This document shows positions 35,755-45,837 of a DNA stretch of 64,000 nt, piece by piece. The notes beneath the pieces are model-generated. The model saw nothing but the letters and a program-made list of their open reading frames with translations, was not told the DNA's origin and ran no database searches. This DNA comes from a virus: IMG/VR virus record IMGVR_UViG_3300010276_000001. One strand, given 5' to 3'. The stretch's first letter is position 1. Each line of letters opens with the position of its first letter. The position numbers were made by a program, and so were the translations under genes.

Positions 35755-38499
35755 ATGGCAAAAACAAATTGGCAAGACCCACAAAGTACAGAAATACGGT
35801 CCACTCATATATCAGGTTTACAAGATGCAATAAAAAAGCTTGAAGAAGCTGTTGACTTAAGTACAGTATCGGAAACTAACATTCCCCTTAATTATGTTTT
35901 ATCCTATAATCCGGAAACCGGATTGCAAGAATATAGGATATATCAAGCACCGGAAGGCAAAAGAAATTGGCTTGTCTCCCCTGCCCCAGTTATAAAGAAA
36001 AACGGAGTAGTAATTACTGATGGTTTTACAATTGATTACGGTGGCGGTGCTATAATTTTAAGTCCTGCTGCAACGGCTAATGATGTTTTTACAGCCGATG
36101 TGACATATACCACTAATAAAACTGAACCTGCTTATTTTGAAGATGAATTTACATCTTCTATCTATAGCTTATCAGACACAGTTGAGAAAGGACAACTTAG
36201 CGTAGAAAGTATACAGGGGAATACTGCGACAAATATTATTAAAAATGGGAACTTTGCAGTAGATTCAAATAGCGATGGCATTGCAGATGGTTGGTATAGA
36301 AGTAGCACGAATTCTGAGGGGTTTAGAATAGAAAACAATGCACAATATTGGACACCTTTAAATGCCGCATGGTCTGGTAGTATACACACAAAATCCGTAG
36401 AAAAAGTGGCGGGGCATAAATATTATATTAGATTTGAAGGTAAAAATATTAATAAAAATATTTTTTTTTCAATCGAACAGACTATTAACACAGCAACTGA
36501 TGCTGATGGTATAAGGTCATTAGTATTTACGGCAACTACTAATAGTGGAAAACAAGATTTATTATTTTATGGCAAAAAAGGCAATGTTGAGTCCTATTTA
36601 AAAGATGTAATCCTCATTAATCTGACACAAACCTTCGGAACAGGAAGTGAACCAACAAAAGAAGAGTGTGACAAAAGATTCCCACATTATATAGACTCCA
36701 CTAAATCTACAATTAGCGCATTGAGATTAACCTCACAAGACGAGAACGAAGAAAATCAAAGTTATATGTACACCAAAGCCGTTGATGATGAAGGGCATAT
36801 ACTTCCTATGCGTTCTCTACCAAACAACGTTCAAGATGAATTATACGTAGATAACGGACAATATAAATTTAAGCAGAACATAGGAGTAAAAAATGACGTA
36901 CCGCAAGATACAGTAATTGACTATGCAGATATGGCAACAGGCGGTCAATTTGTAGCTTATGCGGCAGACGGAACAACTCAGGTGGGCGTAAAAGGCGATA
37001 TCCTTACTATAGATGCAGTTTCGCTAAATTATCAATTAGCTACACCTGTTGTTACCCCTGCGGAGGTAATAGGACACCTTGACAGCCATCCGAATGGCAC
37101 AATAATCGTTGAGCCGATTGTAGCAGACTTTGACTTTTATGACGAAGAAGAAGGAATCATAATCAAGGATATAAATGTACCAATCAAAAGGCTTGATAAA
37201 GTAATTTGGACTGATAAAGAGACAGGCTACGAAGTTGACATTACCGACACTTGTACAGTAGCAGGCAATAAATTAGGTTTTACAAGCACTTATGCGGTGG
37301 AAGGCGATTTGATATGGTATGAATACGAGTATGATAGCAGTATGACTACGTTGCCTACGGTTAGTTTTAAAGCGCCGTTGAACAGTAAGGCTGTAATTGA
37401 AGATTTAGTAAAAGCTAAAGGTGAGTTGCAGAAGAAAACGGATAATTTAGATTTGAGAGTGCAGGGGGTTAGTAAGAGGGTTGACAGTATTCCTGTTGCT
37501 TCTAACTTCATAATAGCACCATCAGATGCAATAAATAAAGAGCGTGCTGATTTGGTGTTAACTGGTGTTCCTGCTGATGATTTAGCAGCGATAAATAATG
37601 CAATTACAATGTTGCATACCATGAGAGCAAGTGTGGATGTAGCAATTAGGATTGACTTCTTAGGTGGAACAATAGATGTTGGCACAAAAACAGACGGAAA
37701 CGCAATAGTAATTCCTGTTGGATATGACAATATTTATTTATATGGCAATGGGGTTAAGCTGACTGGTTACGTTTATGATCCTGACGATGTCGAAATGTAT
37801 TCGGTATTTACAAATAATGCAGATAATGTGATTATTGATGGGTTTAATATAGTTAATAACACAAGTGATTATTATGGGTATGGTTTATCTAACACTGGCA
37901 CTAACTGCACTATCACAGGTAATACTTGTAGTAGTGATTATGGTAATGGTTTATACAACACTGGCGCTAACTGCACTATAACAGGTAACACTTGTAGTGG
38001 TATGTATAATGATGGTTTATACAACACTGGCGCTAACTGCACTATCTCAGGTAATACTTGTAGTGGTAGTGATTATGGTGATGGTTTATATAACACTGGC
38101 GCTAACTGCACTATAACATCTAACACTTGTAATTCTAATGCTAATGGTCTATTTAACACTGGCACTAACTGCACTATAACAGGTAATACTTGTAGTGGTA
38201 GTGATGGTGATGGTTTATTCAACTCTGGCACAAACTGCACTATAACATCTAACACTTGTAATGCTAGTGGTGGTGGTTTATCTAACTCTGGCACTAACTG
38301 CACTATAACAGGTAACACTTGTAGTAGTGATTATGGTTATGGTTTATATAACAGCTCGACCAGCACAACTGATAAATGTATAATCACAGGAAACATTTGT
38401 CTTAATGGTGGTATATCTGTTAAGTCAGGCACTTGTCTGCCCGCTACGCAAGAAGCAATGGCAGATGTTAATTCTGGAACAATAGAAATTAGACCATAG
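35755..38499 (+). CDS. tail fibre / receptor-binding protein with CBM-like domain and C-terminal parallel beta-helix
   Basis: NIIKNGNF..DSNSDGIADGW, LINLTQTFGTGSEPT; Asn/Cys ladder repeats. Confidence 0.8.
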   Translation: MAKTNWQDPQSTEIRSTHISGLQDAIKKLEEAVDLSTVSETNIPLNYVLSYNPETGLQEYRIYQAPEGKRNWLVSPAPVIKKNGVVITDGFTIDYGGGAIILSPAATANDVFTADVTYTTNKTEPAYFEDEFTSSIYSLSDTVEKGQLSVESIQGNTATNIIKNGNFAVDSNSDGIADGWYRSSTNSEGFRIENNAQYWTPLNAAWSGSIHTKSVEKVAGHKYYIRFEGKNINKNIFFSIEQTINTATDADGIRSLVFTATTNSGKQDLLFYGKKGNVESYLKDVILINLTQTFGTGSEPTKEECDKRFPHYIDSTKSTISALRLTSQDENEENQSYMYTKAVDDEGHILPMRSLPNNVQDELYVDNGQYKFKQNIGVKNDVPQDTVIDYADMATGGQFVAYAADGTTQVGVKGDILTIDAVSLNYQLATPVVTPAEVIGHLDSHPNGTIIVEPIVADFDFYDEEEGIIIKDINVPIKRLDKVIWTDKETGYEVDITDTCTVAGNKLGFTSTYAVEGDLIWYEYEYDSSMTTLPTVSFKAPLNSKAVIEDLVKAKGELQKKTDNLDLRVQGVSKRVDSIPVASNFIIAPSDAINKERADLVLTGVPADDLAAINNAITMLHTMRASVDVAIRIDFLGGTIDVGTKTDGNAIVIPVGYDNIYLYGNGVKLTGYVYDPDDVEMYSVFTNNADNVIIDGFNIVNNTSDYYGYGLSNTGTNCTITGNTCSSDYGNGLYNTGANCTITGNTCSGMYNDGLYNTGANCTISGNTCSGSDYGDGLYNTGANCTITSNTCNSNANGLFNTGTNCTITGNTCSGSDGDGLFNSGTNCTITSNTCNASGGGLSNSGTNCTITGNTCSSDYGYGLYNSSTSTTDKCIITGNICLNGGISVKSGTCLPATQEAMADVNSGTIEIRP
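37882..38352 (+). repeat. 7 tandem 63-69 bp coding repeats (GLxNTGxNCTITGNTCSxxxxx) plus start of an 8th
   Basis: Unit starts at 37882, 37948, 38014, 38083, 38146, 38212, 38275, 38341. Confidence 0.92.
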
Positions 38500-38510
38500 G
38501 AGGTGCTGTC

Positions 38511-38888
38511 ATGAATAATTTTTATTTAATTAACGGAGATGTGCGTTTCCTTACACATAAAGTTGAGTGGCAAGAAACAAGAAGGCAAAGAAACGAAGAA
38601 GGTCAATTAATAGATGTTGCAGAAAATAGAGAGCGTGAATTTTACGATACTGAAAAGAAAGACGCATTTATTGCAAAACTTCGAGAACGAGGAATAGAAC
38701 CTACTGTAACCGAGTATGAGCAGCCTACACAGGAGATTATAGACAAGGTTTCAGGCAAGAAATTTAATACAGTATCAGAAGCACAAGCCTTCATTGATGG
38801 CACAGCAGAACCGAATCCAATTGATATACTAGGTCAGAGAATATTTGAATTAGAAACTCAGGTATTAATGTTAGGAGGTAACTTATAA
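38511..38888 (+). CDS. tail-fibre-associated (XkdW-like) protein
   Basis: Follows the RBP; C-terminal IDILGQRIFELETQVLML. Confidence 0.55.
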   Translation: MNNFYLINGDVRFLTHKVEWQETRRQRNEEGQLIDVAENREREFYDTEKKDAFIAKLRERGIEPTVTEYEQPTQEIIDKVSGKKFNTVSEAQAFIDGTAEPNPIDILGQRIFELETQVLMLGGNL

Positions 38889-39013
38889 TGACTGACTTTG
38901 AATATTGTAAGTACGCTTTTGAACATGGATGGGCTAGTGTTGAACAGTTACAGATATGGGTTGAGAAGGGGAAGATTACACAGGAAGAATTGGATGAGAT
39001 TGTAGGTAATTGA
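38888..39013 (+). CDS. XkdX-family protein (41 aa, not in ORF track)
   Basis: MTDFEYCKYAFEHGWASVEQLQIWVEKGKITQEELDEIVGN; TAATG coupling. Confidence 0.8.
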   Translation: MTDFEYCKYAFEHGWASVEQLQIWVEKGKITQEELDEIVGN

Positions 39014-39088
39014 AGGTACATTAAATAGTTAATAGATGCAGGAGTGATTCATTTCGCTTCTGTTTAATTTTGAAAGTCAGGTGGTTAT

Positions 39089-40156
39089 ATGGCAAAGTAT
39101 AATTCAGGCGTTTTATATAATAGTAAAAAAAACAGTTACAATTCTGCCAACTTCTATATCATTGAAGTAACTGATTACGGCAACTTTCAAGATATAATAT
39201 CAAACATAATTGATACAATAGTAGTTACGGATAATTCATTTGGTAACGATTCAATATCAGCTATTGCAGAATACAACATAAATGATAGCGGCAATTCCAA
39301 TGACAGTGTTAATATGTCAATATCGCCTTTAATTAATGATTCTGGCATAAGCAACGATACTATTGCCATTGTTGCTACTGTAGAACTTACAAAAGATTTT
39401 GGAGGTGGTATTGATTCAATTATTGAATGTAAAAAGTATTCAGCAGATATGTATTTTGTGGTAGATACAGAAGGAATTTTACAACCACTTGGTGTAATGG
39501 TGCTTGGTGATAGTAGAAAAGACTTACTCCCTCCGACAAGAGATATGACCGAAGAAATTCCGGGACGGCATGGAGAAATTGACTTTGGTACAGAATTCAA
39601 AGCAAGACCTTTAGAGCTTCATGTTGCTACTATAGAAGGGTTAAGTCCATTAGAAAAAGAGGAATTACGTCGCAAATGTGCAATGTATCTAAATCCTACG
39701 ACCGGAACAAAAAAACTTGTATTTCTTGATGACCCTGACAAAGAATACAATGTTAAATATTCAGGGAAAATTACACCTACCAATCAACCGACTTGGTTTG
39801 ACTTTACTATACCATTTAAGATGTGCGACCCATTAATTTATGATGGAAATGAAACTGTATTAGTTGGTAGTGGTACTCTCAATAATACTGGAACTTGTGA
39901 GACAGGAATAATTATCGAAGTTGCAGGACCTTCCACTAATCCTTTTATAACTATTGGTAGTGATACATTAGCTTATACCGGAACTATTCCAGAAGGACAA
40001 AAATTAATTATTGATACAGAATTGATGACTGCTAAATTAAACGGTGTTAATGTGCTTGCTGATTATAACGGTGTATTCCCTAAAATTAAACCAGGCCAAA
40101 CTTCTGTTACTTCTGGAAGCAATGTAACAATAAAATTAAAAAGCAAATGGTTATAA
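39089..40156 (+). CDS. distal tail (Dit-like) protein with N-terminal low-complexity extension
   Basis: EEIPGRHGEIDFG..F..R, F.IPFKMCDPL; N/S/D-rich N-terminus. Confidence 0.8.
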   Translation: MAKYNSGVLYNSKKNSYNSANFYIIEVTDYGNFQDIISNIIDTIVVTDNSFGNDSISAIAEYNINDSGNSNDSVNMSISPLINDSGISNDTIAIVATVELTKDFGGGIDSIIECKKYSADMYFVVDTEGILQPLGVMVLGDSRKDLLPPTRDMTEEIPGRHGEIDFGTEFKARPLELHVATIEGLSPLEKEELRRKCAMYLNPTTGTKKLVFLDDPDKEYNVKYSGKITPTNQPTWFDFTIPFKMCDPLIYDGNETVLVGSGTLNNTGTCETGIIIEVAGPSTNPFITIGSDTLAYTGTIPEGQKLIIDTELMTAKLNGVNVLADYNGVFPKIKPGQTSVTSGSNVTIKLKSKWL

Positions 40157-40172
40157 TGGGTGGTGATTTGAT

Positions 40173-42890
40173 ATGACAATACCTGAATATATAATTATAA
40201 AGGATAAAGACGGTAAAATAACTGCTTACCTGTCACCTAAAGCTGATAATTTAAAAGATTGTTATCCGGATGCAAGATTAAACGGTGAATCTACTCTTGA
40301 ATTTCAACTCCCTGCTACTTCTGAAAAAATAGAAGAATTAACTCCTGAATGTCAAATATGGGCTGGTGGACGTGTTTATTCACTTTTGAATGATGAATCT
40401 GTGGATACAATCATGGACGAATCCGGTAAATTGTGGACTAAATTTATGGCTATCGAAAGATGGAATGACTTAGACAATCAATTTGCGGAGCCATATTTAA
40501 CAAATGACCCTACTACCCCACCAACTGATTTGTCAGTTAAAATACTTTCAGGAGGAGATAATTTATCCGGTGGATTATATTTTACTGGAAGTGCTGCCCA
40601 TGCAATGTACGCAATTTTGCAATATTCAGATTGGAATATGGGTGTTGTAGATGTCCCTGGGATACATGATTTAGAAGTAGAAAAAGTCAGCATACTTCAA
40701 GTTATAAAACAAATTCAAGAAATTTGGGGCGGCTATCTTGTATGGGATAGCGAAAATAAAGTAGTACATTTGCGTTCAGGTGATACGTGGCAAAGTTATA
40801 CCGGTTTTCAAATACGATATGCAAAGAATATGAAGCATATCACAAGAACACAGAGTAATAGGATTGTTACAAAGCTGTATGCTTTCGGTGCTGATGATTT
40901 GGATATTGCTTCTGTAAATGATGGTAAAAAATATGTTGAAAATCATAGCTTTACATCAAGAAATTACGTTGATATTTATAGCAATCCTGATATTTACGAC
41001 CCACAAGAATTAAAAGAAAAAGCCGAAGCTGAATTAGCACTTAGATGCAAACCACGATATAATTATAAAACAAAAATGGTTGATTTAAGAACTTTACCGG
41101 AATATTCACATGAAGATTTTTCTCTTGGTGATATGGCAGATATATTGAATGAGAAACTTGATATTACAGATAAAGCAAGAATCATAAGACACAAATATAA
41201 TCTATTCCAACCTTGGCAATGTGAATTAGAACTTGGAGATCCTGAAGAAAGATTGGTTGAAAAGCTTAAGGCCTCTTTTGATACCAGTAACTTTATAGAT
41301 AATACTTTTAAATCAACTGGTAATATATCCGGTAAAAAACTGGTAGACGGTACGGTTATCGGTAACAAAATAGCCAAAGCTGCTTTAGATGCTTCAAAGT
41401 TTAATACTAAGCAAATTATACTTACGAATGATGTTTGGACTGATAACTCACCGTCAAGCGGTTATGTTTCATGGAATTCTCACAAATTATTCTATGCCGG
41501 CGTTGAATATACAATATCAGCAGGCAACACAAATAAAAAATATATCGTTTGGCGTAAAGATATTAGTTCTACACAATATCAGACATATACAGAGCAGGAA
41601 TTCGCAAACGTAACACTTGCTGACTATGATTTTGTCATTGCAGTAAATAATGGTGGTATTCATGATATAGCTTGGTATAACAGGCTTGCAAGGCAATTCA
41701 TAGGCAGTGCTTTTATAGCTGAAGCTGCTATTAAAACCGCACATATTGCAGAAGCACAAATTGTTGATGCACATATTTCAAATCTTTCAGTAAGTAAGCT
41801 TACAAGTGGTATTATTACAGCAGATAATATTTATGTTGGCTCTGACCAAAAGTTTTGGTTATCCGGTGCTAATCAAAATTTAGTTGTTAATGATGGAACA
41901 AGAGATAGAGTGATTGTCGGAAAAAATGGTTCAGATTATGGTATTTGGGTAAAGGATTCTTCAGGGGGCACTATTTTAAGCGCTTCTGGACTTGGTGTTA
42001 ATGTAGTTGGAAATGAACAAATATTGGATAACTCAATTGAAAGTGTAAAAATCAAAAGCCTTTCCGCTGATCTGATTAATGCTGTTGAAGGTATTGTACT
42101 TGGTGCAAATGCAACTATAACATGGGAGGAATTACCTTCATTACCTAATGCCGAACAGGTTGGTGCAAAACCTTATGATTGGGTACCGGGGATTTCTGAT
42201 GTAACAGGTTTAGAAGGTAGACTTACTTATATTGATGGTCAAGGTATATATACAGGCACACTTACCGCACAACAAATTAACGCTATACAAGGCATACAAT
42301 TAGGCTCTAATGCTATTATTAATTGGAATGAAATAAACAGAGACCCTAAAACAGATGATGCATATGATTTGGCTGACGATGCTTATAGCTACGCTGGCAG
42401 TGCATATAGCAGAGCAGGAACAGCAATAGGATACACTCAACAACTTGCAAGTGGTACATATACCGGTCCGTATAGTTCCACTACTTTTATTAACGGTACT
42501 ACTGTATATTCGCCTGTTGTACGTGGTGGATATGTTGTTGGTACTAAACTATTTGCAGTAAATAACCCTAATGCTACAATTTCAGGTGGGGATATTTCAG
42601 GGTATAAACGATTAATTATTGATAACAATGGAATAGTCAGTTATAATGACGATGATGAATTGGATGGAATTAGAATTAATGCCAATGATGGATTTGGTAC
42701 TATACGGTTTTATTATAATGATGAACCTAGAGGACATTTGCAACAATCTGGTGGCTCCATATTTTTAAAAGGCGAAACTAACTTATATATTCGTTCAGGA
42801 ACTAAAACGTATATAGAAAACAATGTAAGTTTTGCTAATGCGACAAGCATTGATTGGGGAAATCATGCACCTGTTGCACGGTTTAAGTAA
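40173..42890 (+). CDS. tail spike/Tal-like baseplate hub protein
   Basis: LNGESTLEF, IRYAKNMK.ITR, VTKLYAFG, AKIVDAHISNLS-type repeats. Confidence 0.8.
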   Translation: MTIPEYIIIKDKDGKITAYLSPKADNLKDCYPDARLNGESTLEFQLPATSEKIEELTPECQIWAGGRVYSLLNDESVDTIMDESGKLWTKFMAIERWNDLDNQFAEPYLTNDPTTPPTDLSVKILSGGDNLSGGLYFTGSAAHAMYAILQYSDWNMGVVDVPGIHDLEVEKVSILQVIKQIQEIWGGYLVWDSENKVVHLRSGDTWQSYTGFQIRYAKNMKHITRTQSNRIVTKLYAFGADDLDIASVNDGKKYVENHSFTSRNYVDIYSNPDIYDPQELKEKAEAELALRCKPRYNYKTKMVDLRTLPEYSHEDFSLGDMADILNEKLDITDKARIIRHKYNLFQPWQCELELGDPEERLVEKLKASFDTSNFIDNTFKSTGNISGKKLVDGTVIGNKIAKAALDASKFNTKQIILTNDVWTDNSPSSGYVSWNSHKLFYAGVEYTISAGNTNKKYIVWRKDISSTQYQTYTEQEFANVTLADYDFVIAVNNGGIHDIAWYNRLARQFIGSAFIAEAAIKTAHIAEAQIVDAHISNLSVSKLTSGIITADNIYVGSDQKFWLSGANQNLVVNDGTRDRVIVGKNGSDYGIWVKDSSGGTILSASGLGVNVVGNEQILDNSIESVKIKSLSADLINAVEGIVLGANATITWEELPSLPNAEQVGAKPYDWVPGISDVTGLEGRLTYIDGQGIYTGTLTAQQINAIQGIQLGSNAIINWNEINRDPKTDDAYDLADDAYSYAGSAYSRAGTAIGYTQQLASGTYTGPYSSTTFINGTTVYSPVVRGGYVVGTKLFAVNNPNATISGGDISGYKRLIIDNNGIVSYNDDDELDGIRINANDGFGTIRFYYNDEPRGHLQQSGGSIFLKGETNLYIRSGTKTYIENNVSFANATSIDWGNHAPVARFK

Positions 42891-42893
42891 TAT

Positions 42894-42922
42894 TTGAAGT
42901 TTTTTGACAATTTGGTTATAAT
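42894..42922 (+). promoter_or_regulatory. promoter of moron gene
   Basis: TTGAAG, 17 bp, TATAAT. Confidence 0.55.
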
Positions 42923-42955
42923 GATAATACAAATATTATTTTGGAGGCGATATAA

Positions 42956-43615
42956 ATGTTTAAAAGATTAAAAGACTTAACTATTGGTGTGTTAATTGGG
43001 TCATTGTTATTTTGTATTGTTCCTACTATTGCAAATACGGTTAAAACTTTTGTTGCAGAAGAAGCAACCTTCCCTATTTTAGTAGATGGACAGGAAGTTA
43101 AATTAGATATGCCTGCTGTAACTATCGAAGGTAGGACATATTTACCATTAAGAACGCTAGGGAATATTCTTGGTGTAAAGGTAGATTGGAATGCTGAAAA
43201 AGGACAAGCCGAGATTATCAAGGAGGTTAAAAAAATGCAAAGTACGCAGGTACATGCAAGTGATACAGAATATTCTTTTGTTACTATCAATGAAAAGGAA
43301 TACATTAATGTCGTCGATGTTAATAATATATGTAATGAAAAAGGTTATATTTTTTCTTGGTCAATAAATATCAAGAAAAAACAATGGTATACTTTAATGA
43401 GGTCGGATGTCGGTGGAATAACTAGAGAAAAGTTATTGCAAATAATAGGAATATCAGAAGAAGAATCGGATGGATTAGGGAACGAAGATTTAAAAATAAA
43501 ATATGGATTAATGATATATTCAGAAAATTCAGAATTTTTCACTGAACAAAATGGATATCTATACATGACAAAAGAAGAGTTTGAAACTGTTGTACTGCCG
43601 TTTATAAATAAATAG
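42956..43615 (+). CDS. secreted protein with copper-amine-oxidase N-terminal/stalk-like domain (moron)
   Basis: Signal peptide; ILVDGQEV...IEGRTYLPLRTLGNILGVKVDWN; own promoter and terminator (43629-43658). Confidence 0.8.
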   Translation: MFKRLKDLTIGVLIGSLLFCIVPTIANTVKTFVAEEATFPILVDGQEVKLDMPAVTIEGRTYLPLRTLGNILGVKVDWNAEKGQAEIIKEVKKMQSTQVHASDTEYSFVTINEKEYINVVDVNNICNEKGYIFSWSINIKKKQWYTLMRSDVGGITREKLLQIIGISEEESDGLGNEDLKIKYGLMIYSENSEFFTEQNGYLYMTKEEFETVVLPFINK

Positions 43616-43796
43616 AATACCTAAAACAAAGCACTTTATCTTTGATAGGGTGCTTTTGTTATGCAAATTTTAGAGGTTATGGCTTGTCGAGATGATAACC
43701 CATCTAACCTTTCAAATTTATAATAGGCTGGATACTTTATCCGGTCTTTTTCTTTTTACAAAATTCAAATAAATTTGAAGAAATGGAGGTATTCAA

Positions 43797-44057
43797 ATGA
43801 TGGAAACAATATCATATTTAGGTATAGCAGGCGGCAGAGTTCATAGACGAGAAAAATCAAAGAAAATAGAGAAAAAAGAAGATGGTCAATATGTTGTAAA
43901 ACGTGAGTTAATTGTTGAAGAATATGTTTCTCCTGACGCATTAGAATTTCAAATACAAGCCATTGAAACTGAAATTAAAAATTATCAAGAGAAGATTAGA
44001 ACATGTGAAATAAAAAAAGCAGATATATTAAAAATGTTAAATGAAATAAAGGGTTGA
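43797..44057 (+). CDS. hypothetical coiled-coil protein
   Basis: ORF with GGAGG RBS. Confidence 0.65.
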   Translation: MMETISYLGIAGGRVHRREKSKKIEKKEDGQYVVKRELIVEEYVSPDALEFQIQAIETEIKNYQEKIRTCEIKKADILKMLNEIKG

Positions 44058-45223
44058 TTATTATGGCTTATGATATAAGAGATGCTTTGGGATTTGAACC
44101 ATATATTACTTCGCAATATACATATGTTCCAGTTAGTGTTGAAGACGATTATTATTCATGGTTTGAAGCTGATTCATGTGTTGCAAATGCTATAGCTACA
44201 ATAATTGAAATTTATGATTATGTAAAGACTGGAAAACAAAGAAGATTTTCATTTTTATGGATATATGGTAATAGACGCTCTACTGATTATCAAGGCGAAG
44301 GTTTGTTGTATTACGAAACATTAGATAATTTAAAATCAGATGGTGTACCCTTTTATGAATTAGTTAGAAACGAAAATAGAAGGTATTGGGATTCACAATA
44401 TGTAGCACCATATAATTCTTCAACATATCCTACATATCTTCGTCACAATAAAAATGCTAAACAAATAGTTTCAGAAATTCGAAGCAGCTTACTATCACAA
44501 GCACAAACACGAAGAATATTCGATTGGTTTGAAATAAATAGCTATAATGTTGATTTAATGAAAAATTGGTTGGAAGCTAACAAAGCATTGTTACTTCCAA
44601 TTGATTTGACAGACGCTTTTTATGATTTAGGGTATGACGGCATTTTACCGACAGGAAGTTCTTCGGATTATGTATATCCGATAGGACATACTTTAGTTAT
44701 TATAGGTTGGAAAGAGATAAATGGCAAACATCATTGGATTTGTCAAAATAGTTGGGGTGTTGATTGGGGGAATAATGGTATATGTTATGTACCTTGGGAT
44801 TGTTATCATATTTATAACAGTTACGTTTTAATCCCTGGAAGTTATGGAAATCCTCCTGCCCCTTCAAATTGGACTAAATGGAGTAGTACAATTGTTAAAG
44901 GGCAATCTTTTAATATTAAAGCTCAAGATTGGAATGATTTTATAAATCATATAGCGGTAGTATATAACTATAAAGGATATGACCTTGACTTTGAATATGA
45001 AGAACATGAACCTCCTTGGTGGTATAGAGAAGGTAGTGGATATGATGGTGAAAAAGATTGTTATGTAAAAAGTGGCGATGAACCTTATGCGTGGAATTTC
45101 AACAGAGTTCGGTATGCAATCGGTCGGAAATCATCTACAGGAATTGGTAATAAATATCCGGATGATGAAATATATGCAAGTTATTTTCATACGCTAGAAG
45201 ATGCCATTAACGATCTAGTATAA
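44054..45223 (+). CDS. papain-like (C1A) cysteine peptidase fused to a tail-type C-terminal domain
   Basis: DSCVANA (Cys), GHTLVIIGW (His), CQNSWGVDWGNNG (Asn); C-terminal QDWNDFINHI...FNRVRYAI...DEIYASYFHTL. Confidence 0.8.
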   Translation: MIIMAYDIRDALGFEPYITSQYTYVPVSVEDDYYSWFEADSCVANAIATIIEIYDYVKTGKQRRFSFLWIYGNRRSTDYQGEGLLYYETLDNLKSDGVPFYELVRNENRRYWDSQYVAPYNSSTYPTYLRHNKNAKQIVSEIRSSLLSQAQTRRIFDWFEINSYNVDLMKNWLEANKALLLPIDLTDAFYDLGYDGILPTGSSSDYVYPIGHTLVIIGWKEINGKHHWICQNSWGVDWGNNGICYVPWDCYHIYNSYVLIPGSYGNPPAPSNWTKWSSTIVKGQSFNIKAQDWNDFINHIAVVYNYKGYDLDFEYEEHEPPWWYREGSGYDGEKDCYVKSGDEPYAWNFNRVRYAIGRKSSTGIGNKYPDDEIYASYFHTLEDAINDLV

Positions 45224-45273
45224 TGAAATCATATACACTTAATTATTTACATTCCCTTACATTCTAAAAATAT

Positions 45274-45298
45274 ATAGAGGGGTATCTACCCCTCTATT
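45274..45298. terminator. bidirectional terminator between late and early blocks
   Basis: ATAGAGGGG-TATCTA-CCCCTCTAT palindrome. Confidence 0.7.
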
Positions 45299-45834
45299 TC
45301 TTTACCATTAACCAACTCCATAACCCAATTGAATGCATCCATATCTATCTTTGCTATACTAGCAATCTTGTTAATTGCCTTTGACCTTTCAGTCATGGCT
45401 TGGTCTTTATTTTTATAAAAATTGTGTTCTTTTAAAATTTCAATAACTTGCTTCCACGTCATAGATTCTTTCCAATAATACGTTTCAAGTATCAATTTTT
45501 GTAATTCTGTTAAACTCTTTATCCCTAAATCAAGTTTTTCAATTACAGACGATAACTTGATAATATCACTCTTTAATTGTTTTCCTATAATTGTAGCTTC
45601 ATATTTGTATCTTATAGCAACATTTCCGGTAGTATCGCTTATATGTCCAATAGGTGGTATTATTCCTTCGCCATGCTTTCCAATACATTCAGAATAAATG
45701 TCATCATCTAATGTTTGTTGTTCTTCAATGGAATTTAAGTCTATTTGCAAACTTTCAAGAATTGCTTTTAACGTTGGGTACATTTTAAATAATTGTTCTG
45801 TTTCATGGTATCTTATGTAGGTCAAAATTTGCAC
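45286..45834 (-). CDS. ArpU/RinA-like late transcriptional activator
   Basis: SLTELQKLILETYYW...TWKQV...AINKIA; last gene of the early block. Confidence 0.65.
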   Translation of the reverse strand: MQILTYIRYHETEQLFKMYPTLKAILESLQIDLNSIEEQQTLDDDIYSECIGKHGEGIIPPIGHISDTTGNVAIRYKYEATIIGKQLKSDIIKLSSVIEKLDLGIKSLTELQKLILETYYWKESMTWKQVIEILKEHNFYKNKDQAMTERSKAINKIASIAKIDMDAFNWVMELVNGKEIEG

Positions 45835-45837
45835 CCC

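Noticed and set aside
35755-45223. Diversity-generating retroelement targeting the RBP repeats
   Set aside because: No reverse transcriptase ORF in the window, no separate template repeat, and the repeat differences include indels and non-adenine changes
9000-45290. Inverted repeats bounding an invertible late module
   Set aside because: Best match seen by eye was ~11 bp of AT-rich sequence, expected by chance; a computed repeat search is needed
24439-45290. Similar GGGGTRTCTACCCC palindromes at ~24439 and ~45277
   Set aside because: One overlaps an RBS and the other is a terminator; a short coincidence with no further context
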